From: an uncultured bacterium
Lineage (GTDB): Bacteria; Verrucomicrobiota; Verrucomicrobiia; Limisphaerales; UBA8199
DNA: 64,000 nucleotides
Assembly (NCBI GenBank): GCA_963749495.1
Contig: CAVVMW010000014.1
Location: forward strand, 576,001 to 640,000
Direction: 5' to 3'
The notes below the pieces were generated by a model. The model was not told the origin of the DNA and made no database searches. It saw only the letters and a program-made list of their open reading frames with translations. The stretch's first letter is position 1, and each line of letters begins with the position of its first letter. Shown piece by piece: positions 1 through 10,891 of the stretch. The translations under genes and the position numbers were made by a program.

Positions 1-298
1 GCAGCACCAGCAGCACCTTTCGGCCGTCCACCTGCGGAGCAATCTGTTCCTCGTGATCGAGCACGGCCACCTCCCGGAAATTCGGCGCCCCGGCGAAACG
101 CGCCACCAGATCACGCGACGCCTGGCCGGCGTCCTCGTTGTAAACGGCGAACGGAATGCGGTTCAGATCGAAGGTGGCTGCGTAACCGAATACCAGCAAC
201 TGCAGGATCGGCGGGATGAAGACCACCATCCGGCTCCGCTTGTCCTTCAACAGGGCCAGGAATTCCTTGATCATCAGTGCTCGGATTCGCCGCAACAT
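1..298 (-). CDS. ABC-2 type exporter permease, YbhR-like (5' part only, runs off window)
   Basis: Manual minus-strand translation from ATG 298: MLRRIRALMIKEFLALLKDKRSRMVVFIPPILQLLVFGYAATFDL; follows a paralogous permease. Confidence 0.85.
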   Translation of the reverse strand, partial: MLRRIRALMIKEFLALLKDKRSRMVVFIPPILQLLVFGYAATFDLNRIPFAVYNEDAGQASRDLVARFAGAPNFREVAVLDHEEQIAPQVDGRKVLLVL

Positions 299-306
299 CG
301 TGTGTC

Positions 307-1473
307 CTATTCCAAACGCTTCCGCAGTTTGCGCCGGCTGACGCCCAGGAAAATGGCCGCCATCAGCATCAGCGCCAGCGCGTTGGGCAAAATCACCGGC
401 CACACATCGCCCGCGAGAAAAACCGTTTGCAGAATCGCCACAAAATACCTCGCCGCGAGGAGGTGCGTGATCCATTGGACGACCGTCGGCATGCTGCCGA
501 TGTCGAAGATGAACCCCGAGAGGATGAAGGCCGGCAGGAAGGTGGCGAGGATGGCCACCTGTCCGGCCACAAACTGGTTTTTCGTCACGGTCGAAATCAG
601 CAGGCCCATGCCCAGCGCCGCCAGCAGGAAGAGCGCCGCCGCTCCAAAGAGCACCCAGAGCGAGCCGCGCAACGGCACGCCGAACAGCCAGACACCCATC
701 GCCACCGACAACGCCATGCCGCCCATGCCCAGGATGAAGTAGGGCGCCAGTTTGCCCACCAGCACTTCGCGCATCGTCACCGGCGTCACCATCAACGCCT
801 CCATCGTGCCGCGTTCCCATTCCCGCGCCATCACCAGCGCCGTCAGCAGCGCGCCGATCAGAGTCATGATGATGGCAATCAACCCGGGCACTAGAAAATT
901 GCGGCTGCGCAATTCGCTGTTGAACCAGACCCGCGTTTGCAGTTGGACCGGCAGGTCGAGCGTTTGTCCTTGCTCCCCGGCCTGGCGCTGGAGCCATTTC
1001 TGCCAGACGCCTTGCACGTAACCAAGAACGAGCTGACCCGTGTTGGCGTCCACCCCGTTGACAATCACTTGGACCGGCGCGCCGTCTGGCTGATGCAACA
1101 GCCTCGCGAAATTCGCCCGCAGATGCACGATGGCGGACACCTGGCTGCTCATCAGCGCCTGTTCCGCTTCGCGCATGTTTCGCATGAACACCGCTTCGAA
1201 GTAGCGCGATTGTTGGAATCCGCCGGTAAAATCGGCCGTGTCGGCGCTGGGTTGTTCCACGACCACCGCAACAAGCACGTGCTCCGCGTCCAGCGAAACC
1301 CCGTAACCGAAGACCAGGAGCAGCACGACCGGCAGCAGAAACGCGATGGCGATGCTGCTCGGGTCGCGCAGGACTTGATAAAATTCCTTCCGGATCAACC
1401 CTCGCAGCCTCATCACGCCACCGCCTCGGGAAGGCGGATTCAACGGACTCGGTTGCTGGCGTTTTGCGCTCAT
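307..1473 (-). CDS. ABC-2 type exporter permease, YbhS-like
   Basis: IRKEFYQVLRDPSS, FNSELRSRNFLVPG, AREWERGTMEAL motifs; six TM segments; ATGA overlap with the upstream ATPase. Confidence 0.9.
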   Translation of the reverse strand: MSAKRQQPSPLNPPSRGGGVMRLRGLIRKEFYQVLRDPSSIAIAFLLPVVLLLVFGYGVSLDAEHVLVAVVVEQPSADTADFTGGFQQSRYFEAVFMRNMREAEQALMSSQVSAIVHLRANFARLLHQPDGAPVQVIVNGVDANTGQLVLGYVQGVWQKWLQRQAGEQGQTLDLPVQLQTRVWFNSELRSRNFLVPGLIAIIMTLIGALLTALVMAREWERGTMEALMVTPVTMREVLVGKLAPYFILGMGGMALSVAMGVWLFGVPLRGSLWVLFGAAALFLLAALGMGLLISTVTKNQFVAGQVAILATFLPAFILSGFIFDIGSMPTVVQWITHLLAARYFVAILQTVFLAGDVWPVILPNALALMLMAAIFLGVSRRKLRKRLE

Positions 1474-3270
1474 GAGGTTGCCGGTGCGGGTTGTCCGTGG
1501 CCTTCGATGAGCGCGATAAACGCATCCTCCATCGTTGGCTCCGGATGTTGGGCCGAACGGCGGCGTTGCTTGACTTCTTCCGGCGTGCCCAGCGCGAGGA
1601 TTTCACCCTCGGCCATGATCGCCAGCCGGTCGCAATACTCCGCCTCCTCCATGAAATGGGTGGTGACCATGACGGTGACGCGTTGTTCCGCCAGGGCATT
1701 GATGCGGCTCCAGAACTCGCGCCGCGCCAGCGGGTCCACCCCCGAAGTCGGCTCGTCGAGAAACAGGATTTCCGGCTCGTGCATCAGCGCACAGGCCATG
1801 GCCAGCCGCTGTTTGTGGCCGAGCGGCAGATCCAGGCTGGTGGTGTCGGCCACCGGCGCGAGCCCGAATTGTTCCAGCGCCCACTCCAGCCGTTCCCGCT
1901 GGCGCCGCCCGGCCAGGCCGTAGGCGCTGCTGAAAAAGCGGAGATTCTCGCACACGTTGAGATTGCCGTAGAGCGAGAATTTCTGGGACATGTAACCGAT
2001 GCGCGCCCGCGCGGCCGCCGCCGCGTACCGCAGGTCCAGCCCCGCCACGCGGAGGCTGCCTTCGCTGGCCGGCAACAAACCGCACAACATGCGGAAGGTC
2101 GTGGACTTGCCGGCGCCGTTGGCCCCCAGCAGCCCGAACACTTCGCCGCGTTCCACCTGAAACGTCACGCCCTTGACGGCATAAAAATCGCCGAACCGCC
2201 GTTTCACGTCCTTGATCTCGATGACCGGCCCGTGGCCGTTGCTCACGCGCAACGGTTTTGGGGCAGCCTGGTCGGAATGTGGTGTCAGGCCGCTTTCCGC
2301 GCGCCGTTGTTTCAGCATCGCGACAAAACTGTCCTCCAAACGCGGCGGCACCGGCTGGACGGAAACCCCGGCAACCTCGGGCAGAAGTTTGGCCGGGTCC
2401 GGAGGCGTTTCACCGGCCATCACCAATCGCACCCGCTCCCCCTGAATCAACGCGTCAACCACGGAAGCCGCGCCGGCGAGTTTTCCCTGCACCACACGTT
2501 TGCGTTCCCCAGGGGCGCTCAACATGTAAGTCCGACCGCGCGATTGGTCGCGAAACTGCTGCGGCGGGCCGTGCCCCAACACCTCGCCTTCGTGCATCAG
2601 AACCACCTCGTGACAACGTTCGGCTTCGTCCAGGTAGGCGGTGCTCAGCAGCACGGTCATGCCTTCCTGTTGCACGAGGCAATAAACGATCTGCCAGAGT
2701 TCCCGCCGCGACACGGGGTCCACGCCGACCGTGGGTTCGTCCAACAACAATAATTGCGGCGGCCGAACCAGCGTGCAAGCGAGACCGAGCTTTTGTTTCA
2801 TGCCGCCGGACAACCGCCCGGCCAGCCGAGCAATGAACCGCGCCAGGCCGGTCATGCGCATCAATTCCTCGTAACGGGCCGCGCGCGCCTCCTGCGGCAC
2901 GCCCTGCAAATCCGCGTAGAGATCGAGGTTTTCCTGAACCGAGAGGTCTTCGTAGAGACCGAAGCGTTGCGGCATGTAACCGACCCTGGCCTGCACCGCC
3001 AACGATTCGTGCGTCGCGTCGAAACCCAGCGCGTTGATCCGGCCCTCGTCGGGTATCAACAATCCCACCGCCAGCCGCATCAGCGTCGTCTTGCCCGCGC
3101 CGTCGGGCCCAATCAAGCCGGTCACCTGGCCGCGCTGCACACGGAGACTGACGTTACGGAGCGCCCGAAGGGTGCGCCTGGCCGATGACAAAGTGCTTGC
3201 TCACGCCGCGCAATTCCAGCACGGCGTCGTCCGCGCGGTCCCTCTGCTCCATGTTGCCGGGAACTTCCAT
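1470..3270 (-). CDS. Double-domain ABC ATP-binding protein, YbhF-like (apparent +1 frameshift near 3180)
   Basis: Two Walker A motifs (GPDGAGKT, GANGAGKS), LSGGMKQ, DEPT. N-terminus MEVPGN..VLELRGVSKHFVIG starts at ATG 3270 after GGAGG and joins RRTLRALRNV if one C is removed. Confidence 0.9.
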
Positions 3271-3282
3271 GAACCTCCGATT

Positions 3283-4314
3283 TCACTTTCCGCCGGCCGG
3301 CGCGGCTTTGGCGGAAGTGCCGGATTGGTCAAGGGCAATGGTCACGACCGCCGGCATGCCGAGGCGCAGTTCGTCCTGTGGGTTGTGCACGAAAATGCGG
3401 GCTTGATAAACGAGCCTGGTGCGCACCTCGGCGGTTTCGACGGTTTTCGGCGTGAACTCCGCAGTGGGTGAAATGAACCCGATCCACCCGGCGTAGGATT
3501 TGCCGGGAAAACTGTCAGTGGTGACGGTCGCATTCATGCCGAGGTGAATTCTCCCGAGGTCGGTCTCCGCGACATAGGCGCGCACCCACACCGGGTCGTC
3601 GAGGGCCAGCGTGAAGACCGGCTTCTGCGGCGAGGCCATGTCGCCCGGCTCCAGGATGCGGTTCTCGACGACGCCGTTGGTGGGCGCGTAGAGCCTGGCG
3701 TCGGCAAGGCTTTGCTGCGCCAGAAGCAGTTCCGCTTCATCGGCCTGCAACGTGGCTTTGGCGGCGGCGATGTCCTCCTGGCGCGGACCGAGCACCATCA
3801 AATCGCAGGTTTCCTTCGCGGCGGCCAGCCTGGCTCTGGCCACGTCCAGCGCGGCGCGGGCGTCATCCGAGCGCTGTTGCGTCTCCACGGTTTGGGCCAC
3901 CAGATTGGTCACGCGACCGTAGTTGAGTTTGGCGTTCTCCAGATCGGCCCTGGCGGCCTCCATGTCGGCTTTGGCCTTGCGGATTTCCTGCGGGCGATTG
4001 CCGGCCTCAAGCCGGGCGACGACCTGGCGTTGCGCCGCCGCCTTGGCTTCGTAATCGGCGACACTGGCCGCGAACCGCCGCGTGTCCAGCGTGGCCAACA
4101 GTTGCCCCGGCCGGACGCGCTCGCCTTCCTGCACCAGCAACGCGGTGATGCGCTCACTGTCGTTGAAGGCGAGTTGCACCTGGCGGATGTCCACGTTGCC
4201 GAACAGGACCAAGTGGCTGCTGGACGCCGTCTTGTTCCGGTCGTGCCGGAACCAGAAACCGGCTGCGATTCCGCCAGCAATCAATACTCCTAAGATGAGC
4301 CGTGTTCGTTTCAT
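3283..4314 (-). CDS. HlyD-family periplasmic adaptor, YbhG-like
   Basis: N-terminal TM, GNVDIRQVQLAF, coiled coil, FISPTAEFTPKTVET, LRLGMP. Confidence 0.9.
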   Translation of the reverse strand: MKRTRLILGVLIAGGIAAGFWFRHDRNKTASSSHLVLFGNVDIRQVQLAFNDSERITALLVQEGERVRPGQLLATLDTRRFAASVADYEAKAAAQRQVVARLEAGNRPQEIRKAKADMEAARADLENAKLNYGRVTNLVAQTVETQQRSDDARAALDVARARLAAAKETCDLMVLGPRQEDIAAAKATLQADEAELLLAQQSLADARLYAPTNGVVENRILEPGDMASPQKPVFTLALDDPVWVRAYVAETDLGRIHLGMNATVTTDSFPGKSYAGWIGFISPTAEFTPKTVETAEVRTRLVYQARIFVHNPQDELRLGMPAVVTIALDQSGTSAKAAPAGGK

Positions 4315-4346
4315 AAGGTGTTCATATCGGCCAAAAACTCCCGGTT

Positions 4347-6349
4347 TTAGGCGCAGGCACGGTGGAGATGAAACCGAGGAGCGCCAGCCTCGGTATTCGA
4401 CGTTTTGGCAGCCGCGGGTTTGTGGGGCTCCAATTCTTCACCGTGCCGCACCAGGCGAAAGCTGTTGAAGACGACGAGCAGCGAACCGGAAACATGAAAC
4501 AGAGCCGCGATAATGGGACTGATGAGCTTCATCGCCGCCAGCGCCATCCCGCCCACGACGAAGGTCAGGCCGAGCAGAAAATTCTGGTTGATGACCTGGC
4601 GTGTCGCGCGCGAGAGCTGCACCAGAAACGGCAGCCGGCGCAGGTCATTGTTCATCAGGGCAATGGTCGCGCTGTGAATGGCCACTTCGCTGCCGGCCGC
4701 GCCCATCGCGATGCCGAGGTCGCCCGCCGCCAATGCCGGAGCGTCGTTGACTCCGTCACCTATCACGGCCACGCAGTATCCCTTGGCGCGCATCTGCCGG
4801 ACAAAGTCCACTTTGTTCTGCGGGAGACAATCGCCAACGACATCATCGCAACCGATTTCACGCGCCACCCGAGTCGCAACCGGCTGTCGGTCGCCGCTCA
4901 CCATCGCGACCCGCCGCGCACCGATGTCTTTCAGGGTGGCCAGGAGCCCTTTGCTTCGGTGCGTGTCTGATCCTGCAAGCCGACCCAGCCAATGCACTGC
5001 TCATTGCGCGCGACAAAGATGAGACTCCAGCCTTCGGCCTCTTCCAAATCCACCGCAGAGGAGAACCCGCCCGCGATGCCGTTGTCGCCAAGCCATTGGG
5101 CGCGGCCAATCACAACACTGTCTCCGTCGAGATGTGCTTTGACACCGCGTCCGGCTGCTTCTGAAAAGTCAGTCGGCTTCACGAGTGGAACACCCGCTTC
5201 TTCGGCAAGCTGCGCCAGCGCCTTGGCCGCGGGGTGATTGCTGAATTGTTCCGCAGACGCCGCGACGCGCAGCAATTCCGCCGGTGTGGTTTGGCCCAGG
5301 GGCGCGAGACGACTGACCGCCAGCCGGCCCGTGGTGAGCGTTCCGGTTTTGTCAAAGACGAACGCGTTAATCCTCGCGGCCAGTTCGAGATCGGACACGT
5401 TCTTGATGATGACGCCAAGACGCGCGGCGGCGGACAGCGCGGCAACCATCGCCGTGGGCGACGCCAGCACAAAGGCGCACGGACACGAGACGATGAACAC
5501 GGATACCACCCGGCTGAGATCGTGCGTGAACATCCAAACCAGACCGCCGATGCACAGCACCAAGGGCGTGTAAAAACCCATGTATTGATCCATGATGCGC
5601 ACGATGGGCAGCTTGGTCTTTTCGGCTGCCAGAATCAGGTCGCGCACGCGGCCCAGCGTGGTGTCCTGCCCGGCGCGCGTGACCCCGATGTCGAGCACGC
5701 CAGTAAGGTTAATTGTGCCGGCAAAAACTTCGTCGCCTGGTTTCTTGTCAACCGGCAACGATTCGCCGGTGATGTTGGCCTGATTGAACGAGCCTTGCCC
5801 GTTCACAATGACGCCGTCAGCAGCCACGTTGTCGCCCGGCCGCACCCGGATGGTGTCACCTGCCGCCAGGCCGTACACGGGCACTTCCTGTTCCTCGCTG
5901 CCAATGACACGCCGCGCCTTCGTGGGAGTAAGCTTGATGAGCGAATGGATGGAAGCCAGCGCGCCTGCCGCCGTGCGCGTTTCGATGATTTGCCCCAGCA
6001 ACATGAAGAACGAGACAATTCCCGCCTCCTGGTAATGCCCTGACGAGAATAGGGCAATCACAGCCAGCGCCACCAGAATGTTGGTGTTAAGCGAGCCACC
6101 GCGCAGGTCTTTCAGCGCAACCCGGACAATCGGAAACCCGAGAATGAATGCGCCGAGCATCGCGCTGTATCCTCCCATATTACTGTCCACGACGGAAAGC
6201 CGCTCGACTATGAACGAGTTCAAAATGAAGACCAGACCGATGACCGTTTCCAGAAATTGGACGCGAGCGTGCGAATGTTCCTCCCTGCCAGAACCCGCGC
6301 CGTCGGGCGTGTGCTCGGGCAGAAGATCGGCGTGGGAGGTGACTTTCAT
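4347..6349 (-). CDS. Heavy-metal translocating P1B-type ATPase (SCPC, P1B-4-like), frameshift near 4945
   Basis: TGES, SCPC, DKTGTLT and HP in ORF 4931..6349; GDGVNDAPAL in ORF 4347..4997; joined by restoring one C (tcc-ctg). Confidence 0.9.
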
Positions 6350-6353
6350 TGCG

Positions 6354-6797
6354 CTATAAACCCAGTCTCTGTTGGGGGAGGCAACGTGTGTCCGTCATCC
6401 CGGTGAACTGCGCCGAGGCTACGACCGCCCGCAGTCGGGCGTCGACCGCACGGGCGGCTTCGGCCAGAGGCGGGTTCTCCTTCGCCTCGCAGAGGTGTTT
6501 GAGGTCCGCGGTGGCCAAAGTGCAGGTGCCATCCCCATTATCCCACAGGCAGACGTGACTGGGCATGAGCAGTCCGATGTCCGGCTCACGGCTCAGGGCC
6601 TGATATTCCCACGAGGGCACCCACACGCCCAGGATGGTGTAAGGACGAATCTGCTGGCCCAATTTCTTCGCCAGCTCCGCCTGCAGATCGATTTCGGTGA
6701 TGACGACGAACTCTTCTTCCGCCAGCACCCGGCGCGTTTCGCGCAGCGCCCGGTCGAAGGGCAGTTTCACATGGGTGGAGATGCTGTATTGTCCCAT
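6354..6797 (-). CDS. DUF302 family protein
   Basis: VITEIDLQAELAKKLG..PYTILG..IGLLMP pattern. Confidence 0.8.
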   Translation of the reverse strand: MGQYSISTHVKLPFDRALRETRRVLAEEEFVVITEIDLQAELAKKLGQQIRPYTILGVWVPSWEYQALSREPDIGLLMPSHVCLWDNGDGTCTLATADLKHLCEAKENPPLAEAARAVDARLRAVVASAQFTGMTDTRCLPQQRLGL

Positions 6798-6800
6798 ATC

Positions 6801-8518
6801 TCACTGCCTTTCATTGTTGTGCTTTCCAGCCTGGAGGGGATACGGCCAGGCGACCAGTCCGCCGTCGAGGAACTTGACGTTGGCAAAGCCCTCGCCGTCC
6901 AGAACCCGCTGGGCTTCGTAGCCGCGTTGACTGACTTTGCAGAAGCAGACGATCTCCTGGTCGCGGGGCAGTTCGCCCAAGCGTTTCCTCAACTGACCCA
7001 ATGGAATCCAGACCACGCGCGGGTCGCGCAGTTGCATCTGGTCACGCTCCGCCGGCGTGCGCACATCCAACAGGACAACCGGCTCGTCGGTGTCGAGCTT
7101 GGCTTTCAACGCTTGCGGCGTGATCCCCTTCGCCAAGCCGTCGCGTTTGTTGCGCAACACGTTGGCGGCATGGGCCAGCGGATCCACCGCCGACGAATAC
7201 GGCGGGGCATAGCCGAGATCGAGGTCCGGCAGGTTGTCAATCGTCGCGCCGAAGGTCAGCGCAGTGGCCAGCACATCGATCCGCTTGACCGCGTCGCCGG
7301 GCCCAAGGCCTGCGCGCCCAGCAATCGCCCGTTGGCGGCGTCCGCGACCAACTTCACCAGCAGGGTCGCGGCCGTCGGATAATAGTGAGCGCGGTCGGGT
7401 CCCGGCACCAGCGCGGTCAGCACGGAGTAGCCGAGCCGGCGAGCCTGCGTTTCGGTCAGGCCAGTCCGCGCGAGGTTGTAATTGAGAACCTTGAACACCG
7501 TCGTGCCGACGATGCCGGGGAAAGTCGAGTGGCCGCCGGTAATGTTATCGCCGATGACGTGTCCGTGTTTGTTGGCTGTCGAGCCGAGCGGGACGAACAC
7601 CTTTTGTCCCGTGAGCAGATGGGTGCATTCAACGCAGTCGCCGCCGGCATAAATATCAGGGTCGCTGGTTCGGAGTTGGTCGTTGACCGCAATCGCGCCG
7701 GTCGCGCCGATGGTCAGGCCGGCGTCCTTGGCGAGTTGGACATTGGGGCGGACACCGATGGCGATCAACACCATCTGTGCCTCGATAACCTGGGCGGTCG
7801 TATGCACGCGCTCGACGTTGCCCTCGCCATCACCTTCAAGCCGCGTGACCTTCTGGCCGAGCCGGACATCGAGGCCCCGCCCACGCAGGTATTTTTCGAG
7901 GAACGCCGCCACTTCCCAGTCAAGCATGGCCGGCAGCAACTGGTCGAGCATCTCGACAATGGTGACGTGTATCCCGCGCGCGACGAGTGCCTCGGCAGTC
8001 TCCAACCCGATTAGCCCGCCGCCGATCAGCACGGCGCGCTTTACCTGTCCGTGTTCGGTTGCTTCGCGAATCGCCAGCGCGTCATCGGGCAGGTTCAACC
8101 GGAACACATGGTTGAGATTAGCGCCTTCGAGGCGCGGTTCAAGGGGCATGCCACCCGTAGCCAGAACGAGCTTGTCGTAGGGCAGTTCGGTCTTTTCCCC
8201 GGTCGCGACGTTCACCACGTTGACCGTCTTGCGGGTGCGATCAATCCTCTCCGCCAGGGTTTGATTGAGCACGCGGATGTCCTTGACGTTCTGGAAGAAG
8301 GTCCCGTCGCGGATCACGCCGACGGGCGTGGACATCAGTTCGTGGAAGTCGCGGACCTGACCCTGAATGTAATAAGGCATGCCGCAACCGGCGTAAGAAA
8401 GCAGCCGCCCGCGCTCCACGATGGTTATTTCCGCGTGTGGGTCACGGCGTCGAGCCCGGGCTGCCGCCTTGGCGCCGGTGGCCACGCCGCCGATTATCAA
8501 TATGCGATTTTGCTTCAT
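6801..8518 (-). CDS. CoA-disulfide reductase/NADH oxidase with C-terminal rhodanese domain (frameshift near 7300)
   Basis: GGVATG, SYAGCGMPYY, GGGLIG, YAGGDC; second ORF has DLGYAPPYS and rhodanese FCKVSQRG..LDGG; one-base loss in GPGDAVKRID. Confidence 0.9.
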
Positions 8519-8554
8519 GGTTTGTGTGGTGTTTGAAATTCTCACTCATGGCAA

Positions 8555-8824
8555 TCAGCCGCCACAAGCGGGAGAGTCACAGCGCGAATTCCGCCCGCAA
8601 CAAGTGGCGCCGGTCCGGTCCAGCGAGCACGATGACCCGCTGGAGTGGCCGTAGTCGGCGGCGTGGGAGCCGCCGCCCTTGAAAAGCAGGCCGGCGCTGG
8701 CGCCGATCAGCCGTCGCACGGGACGCCCGCATTGCGGGCAGATCTTCAAAGGCTTGGCCGACATGCTTTGGAATTTCTCAAAGCGATGTCCGCAGCTTTC
8801 ACATTCATATTCATAGGTCGGCAT
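8555..8824 (-). CDS. FmdB-family zinc-ribbon protein
   Basis: MPTYEYECESCGHRFEKFQSMS..CPQCG. Confidence 0.88.
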   Translation of the reverse strand: MPTYEYECESCGHRFEKFQSMSAKPLKICPQCGRPVRRLIGASAGLLFKGGGSHAADYGHSSGSSCSLDRTGATCCGRNSRCDSPACGG

Positions 8825-8825
8825 G

Positions 8826-9239
8826 CTAGATTCCTTTCTGGTGGGGACAGTTATGTTCGTCCATGTAAATGACCGCCGCATAGAATTGTCCGGTCCGCAG
8901 CAGCACCAGCGTGCAGGCATTCTGAACCTGAATGCCGGCTGCCTGAAGTTGCTGCGCGAGGACGGGGTTTTCCGCGCCAGGATTGAAAATCACCCGTTGC
9001 GGACGGGCGGCCAGAATCGCCGCCGCCAGCGCGGCGGAGCGTTCGGGTTTCACATACACCGTGAGGGTGTGGATCGGGACCGGGATGTCCGCCAACTGTT
9101 TGAACACGGGCAGTCCGTCAATTGCCGCTAGTGCGGGGTGAACGGGAAATACCGCGTGGCCTTTTTCGGCCAACAGTTTCACCGCCTGAAAGCTGTATCG
9201 CTCCGGCTTGTTGCTTGCGCCCAACACCGCCACGTTCAT
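8826..9239 (-). CDS. CoA-binding protein (YccU-like)
   Basis: VAVLGASNKPERYS..PVHP..IFNPGAEN..ACTLV. Confidence 0.88.
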   Translation of the reverse strand: MNVAVLGASNKPERYSFQAVKLLAEKGHAVFPVHPALAAIDGLPVFKQLADIPVPIHTLTVYVKPERSAALAAAILAARPQRVIFNPGAENPVLAQQLQAAGIQVQNACTLVLLRTGQFYAAVIYMDEHNCPHQKGI

Positions 9240-9254
9240 CGCGATTCCTTTTGG

Positions 9255-9665
9255 TTAGAGCAGTTTTTCGGCGCCGCTGTAGGCTTCCTCGACCCGCAGG
9301 AGCACAGCCGCCACGCCCGGATATTTCGGGTCATGCCAGGAGCGCATGTTTTCGAAGACGGGGCCTGCGGTGTGATAGGTCAGCGGGCCTTTCACCTGAA
9401 ACGACTTGCGGTCCTTGGTCAGGAACAAGATGGCGCCTTTCGTCCCGCTCTTGATGTTGGCGCGGGTTTTGCAGAAATAGTTGTCCGCCACAATGAAGCC
9501 CTCGCCGGGAACATAGCGGATTTCGCCGACATAGATGACGTTGGGCGTTTTGGCCGCATCCACCGTCGCCAGCACCGCCGGTCCCTCCCGGTTGTCCCAG
9601 GCATGGGCCACGATTTCCATGCCGTTGGCCGTAGATGGAACCTTTCCTGGTTGGTCGTTTTTCAT
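9255..9665 (-). CDS. Pyridoxamine 5'-phosphate oxidase-like FMN-binding protein
   Basis: LATVD..PNV..VADNYFCKTRANI..FQVKG. Confidence 0.8.
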   Translation of the reverse strand: MKNDQPGKVPSTANGMEIVAHAWDNREGPAVLATVDAAKTPNVIYVGEIRYVPGEGFIVADNYFCKTRANIKSGTKGAILFLTKDRKSFQVKGPLTYHTAGPVFENMRSWHDPKYPGVAAVLLRVEEAYSGAEKLL

Positions 9666-9678
9666 GGTGAGATTCCTT

Positions 9679-10365
9679 TCATGTCCGCGTTTGGATGCTG
9701 CTCCATGTTGCAGATGGCTGGTGGTGGATGGCGACGAGGACCTCTTGGTGGCAGCCGCAGGAGTGGATCACGCGGAACCCTCGGTGTTGAAGCCGTCTCC
9801 GCCAGTGCGCGAACCGGCTTTGCGGGTGCGGATGGCGCCGGCCCTCGGCGGCATGAATCGCGTCCATCAGGCGGAACCCACCGGGCGAAAAGTCGGCCAG
9901 CACGAGCTTGCCACCCGGCTTGACCATACGGAGCATTTCGCTGAATACCCGGTCGGGATCGGCGACATGGTGGAGCACGTTCCAAGACACCACCGCGTCG
10001 AAGCTCGCCGCCCGCCAAGGGAGGAAGCGCGCGTCCTGGATCACGAAGCGAATGCGGTCGGCCACGCCGGCATAAATCGCCTCGAGTCGGGCTTGACGTT
10101 GTTCTTCGGCACTGATGTCCGCGGTGGTGACGTTCGCCACGTGCCGTGCCAGGGGAATGAGGAAGCGCCCTTTGCCCGTGCCGATGTCCAGCACCCGCCC
10201 CCGCAGCGGCAGCGCCTTCTCCAACACAAACCGCACACTGGCCTCGGGATCGTAGCCGAAGCGCTGGTGCGTGGCGTTGCGCGCCTCGAGCAGGCCGTGG
10301 TTGGCTTCAACCTCAGCCGCAGAAAACGACCCGTTCGCCTGGTGATCTGATATCGTCCGTGTCAT
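9679..10365 (-). CDS. Class I SAM-dependent methyltransferase
   Basis: VLDIGTGKG, DARFLPW..SFDAV, LHHV, KPGGKLVLAD; start placed at MTRTISD. Confidence 0.85.
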   Translation of the reverse strand: MTRTISDHQANGSFSAAEVEANHGLLEARNATHQRFGYDPEASVRFVLEKALPLRGRVLDIGTGKGRFLIPLARHVANVTTADISAEEQRQARLEAIYAGVADRIRFVIQDARFLPWRAASFDAVVSWNVLHHVADPDRVFSEMLRMVKPGGKLVLADFSPGGFRLMDAIHAAEGRRHPHPQSRFAHWRRRLQHRGFRVIHSCGCHQEVLVAIHHQPSATWSSIQTRT

Positions 10366-10376
10366 GGCCACGCAGG

Positions 10377-10715
10377 CTACTTGGCCTTCGGCAGCTTTTT
10401 GAACGTCATGAACCAGTCGAGCGCGTAGGCGTCCGGATCCGGTTTCTCCATGCGCTCTTTGGCTGTGCCGCAAGAGCCGGGCGGCGGCACGATGACATCG
10501 TCGCCGGGTTGCCAATCGGCCGGCGTGGCGCAGCCGTGTTTGTCGCTCGTTTGCAGGGCAATCAGGAGGCGCTTGATCTCCAGGAAATTGCGCCCGTTCG
10601 ACAGCGGGTAATACAGGACGGCGCGAATTTTCGCCTTGGGATCAATGAGGAAGACCGGGCGCACAGCCTGGGTATCGCTCGCGCGGCAGTTGGTCCTGGG
10701 CAGGAGGGTTCTCAT
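10377..10715 (-). pseudogene. C-terminal fragment of a Prx6/AhpC-type peroxiredoxin
   Basis: VRPVFLIDP..YYPLSNGRNFLEIKR..LQTSD..ATPADWQPGDDVIVPPP; the N-terminal half with the peroxidatic Cys is absent. Confidence 0.8.
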
Positions 10716-10830
10716 AAATTCGTCGTGCTGCTCCTGGCTGATGAAGAGGAGGGCGGTTGCAGTGGGGATGACTTGCTCACCTCAAGCCGGAGAAGAATCG
10801 GCCGCACGATGCCCTCGAACGCGTGCGCCG
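10712..10830 (-). pseudogene. Remnant of an Mrp/NBP35 C-terminal tail
   Basis: Translates AHAFEGIVRPILLRLEVSK, similar to the tails AQAFAEIVRPILANL and ARAFDHVVRGIISGLE of the two Mrp genes in this window. Confidence 0.5.
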
Positions 10831-10891
10831 GGCGGACCGACCGGTTTCAGAAATTTCGCTGGATGGATTCATGTTCTGTCCTCGGCGGGCA

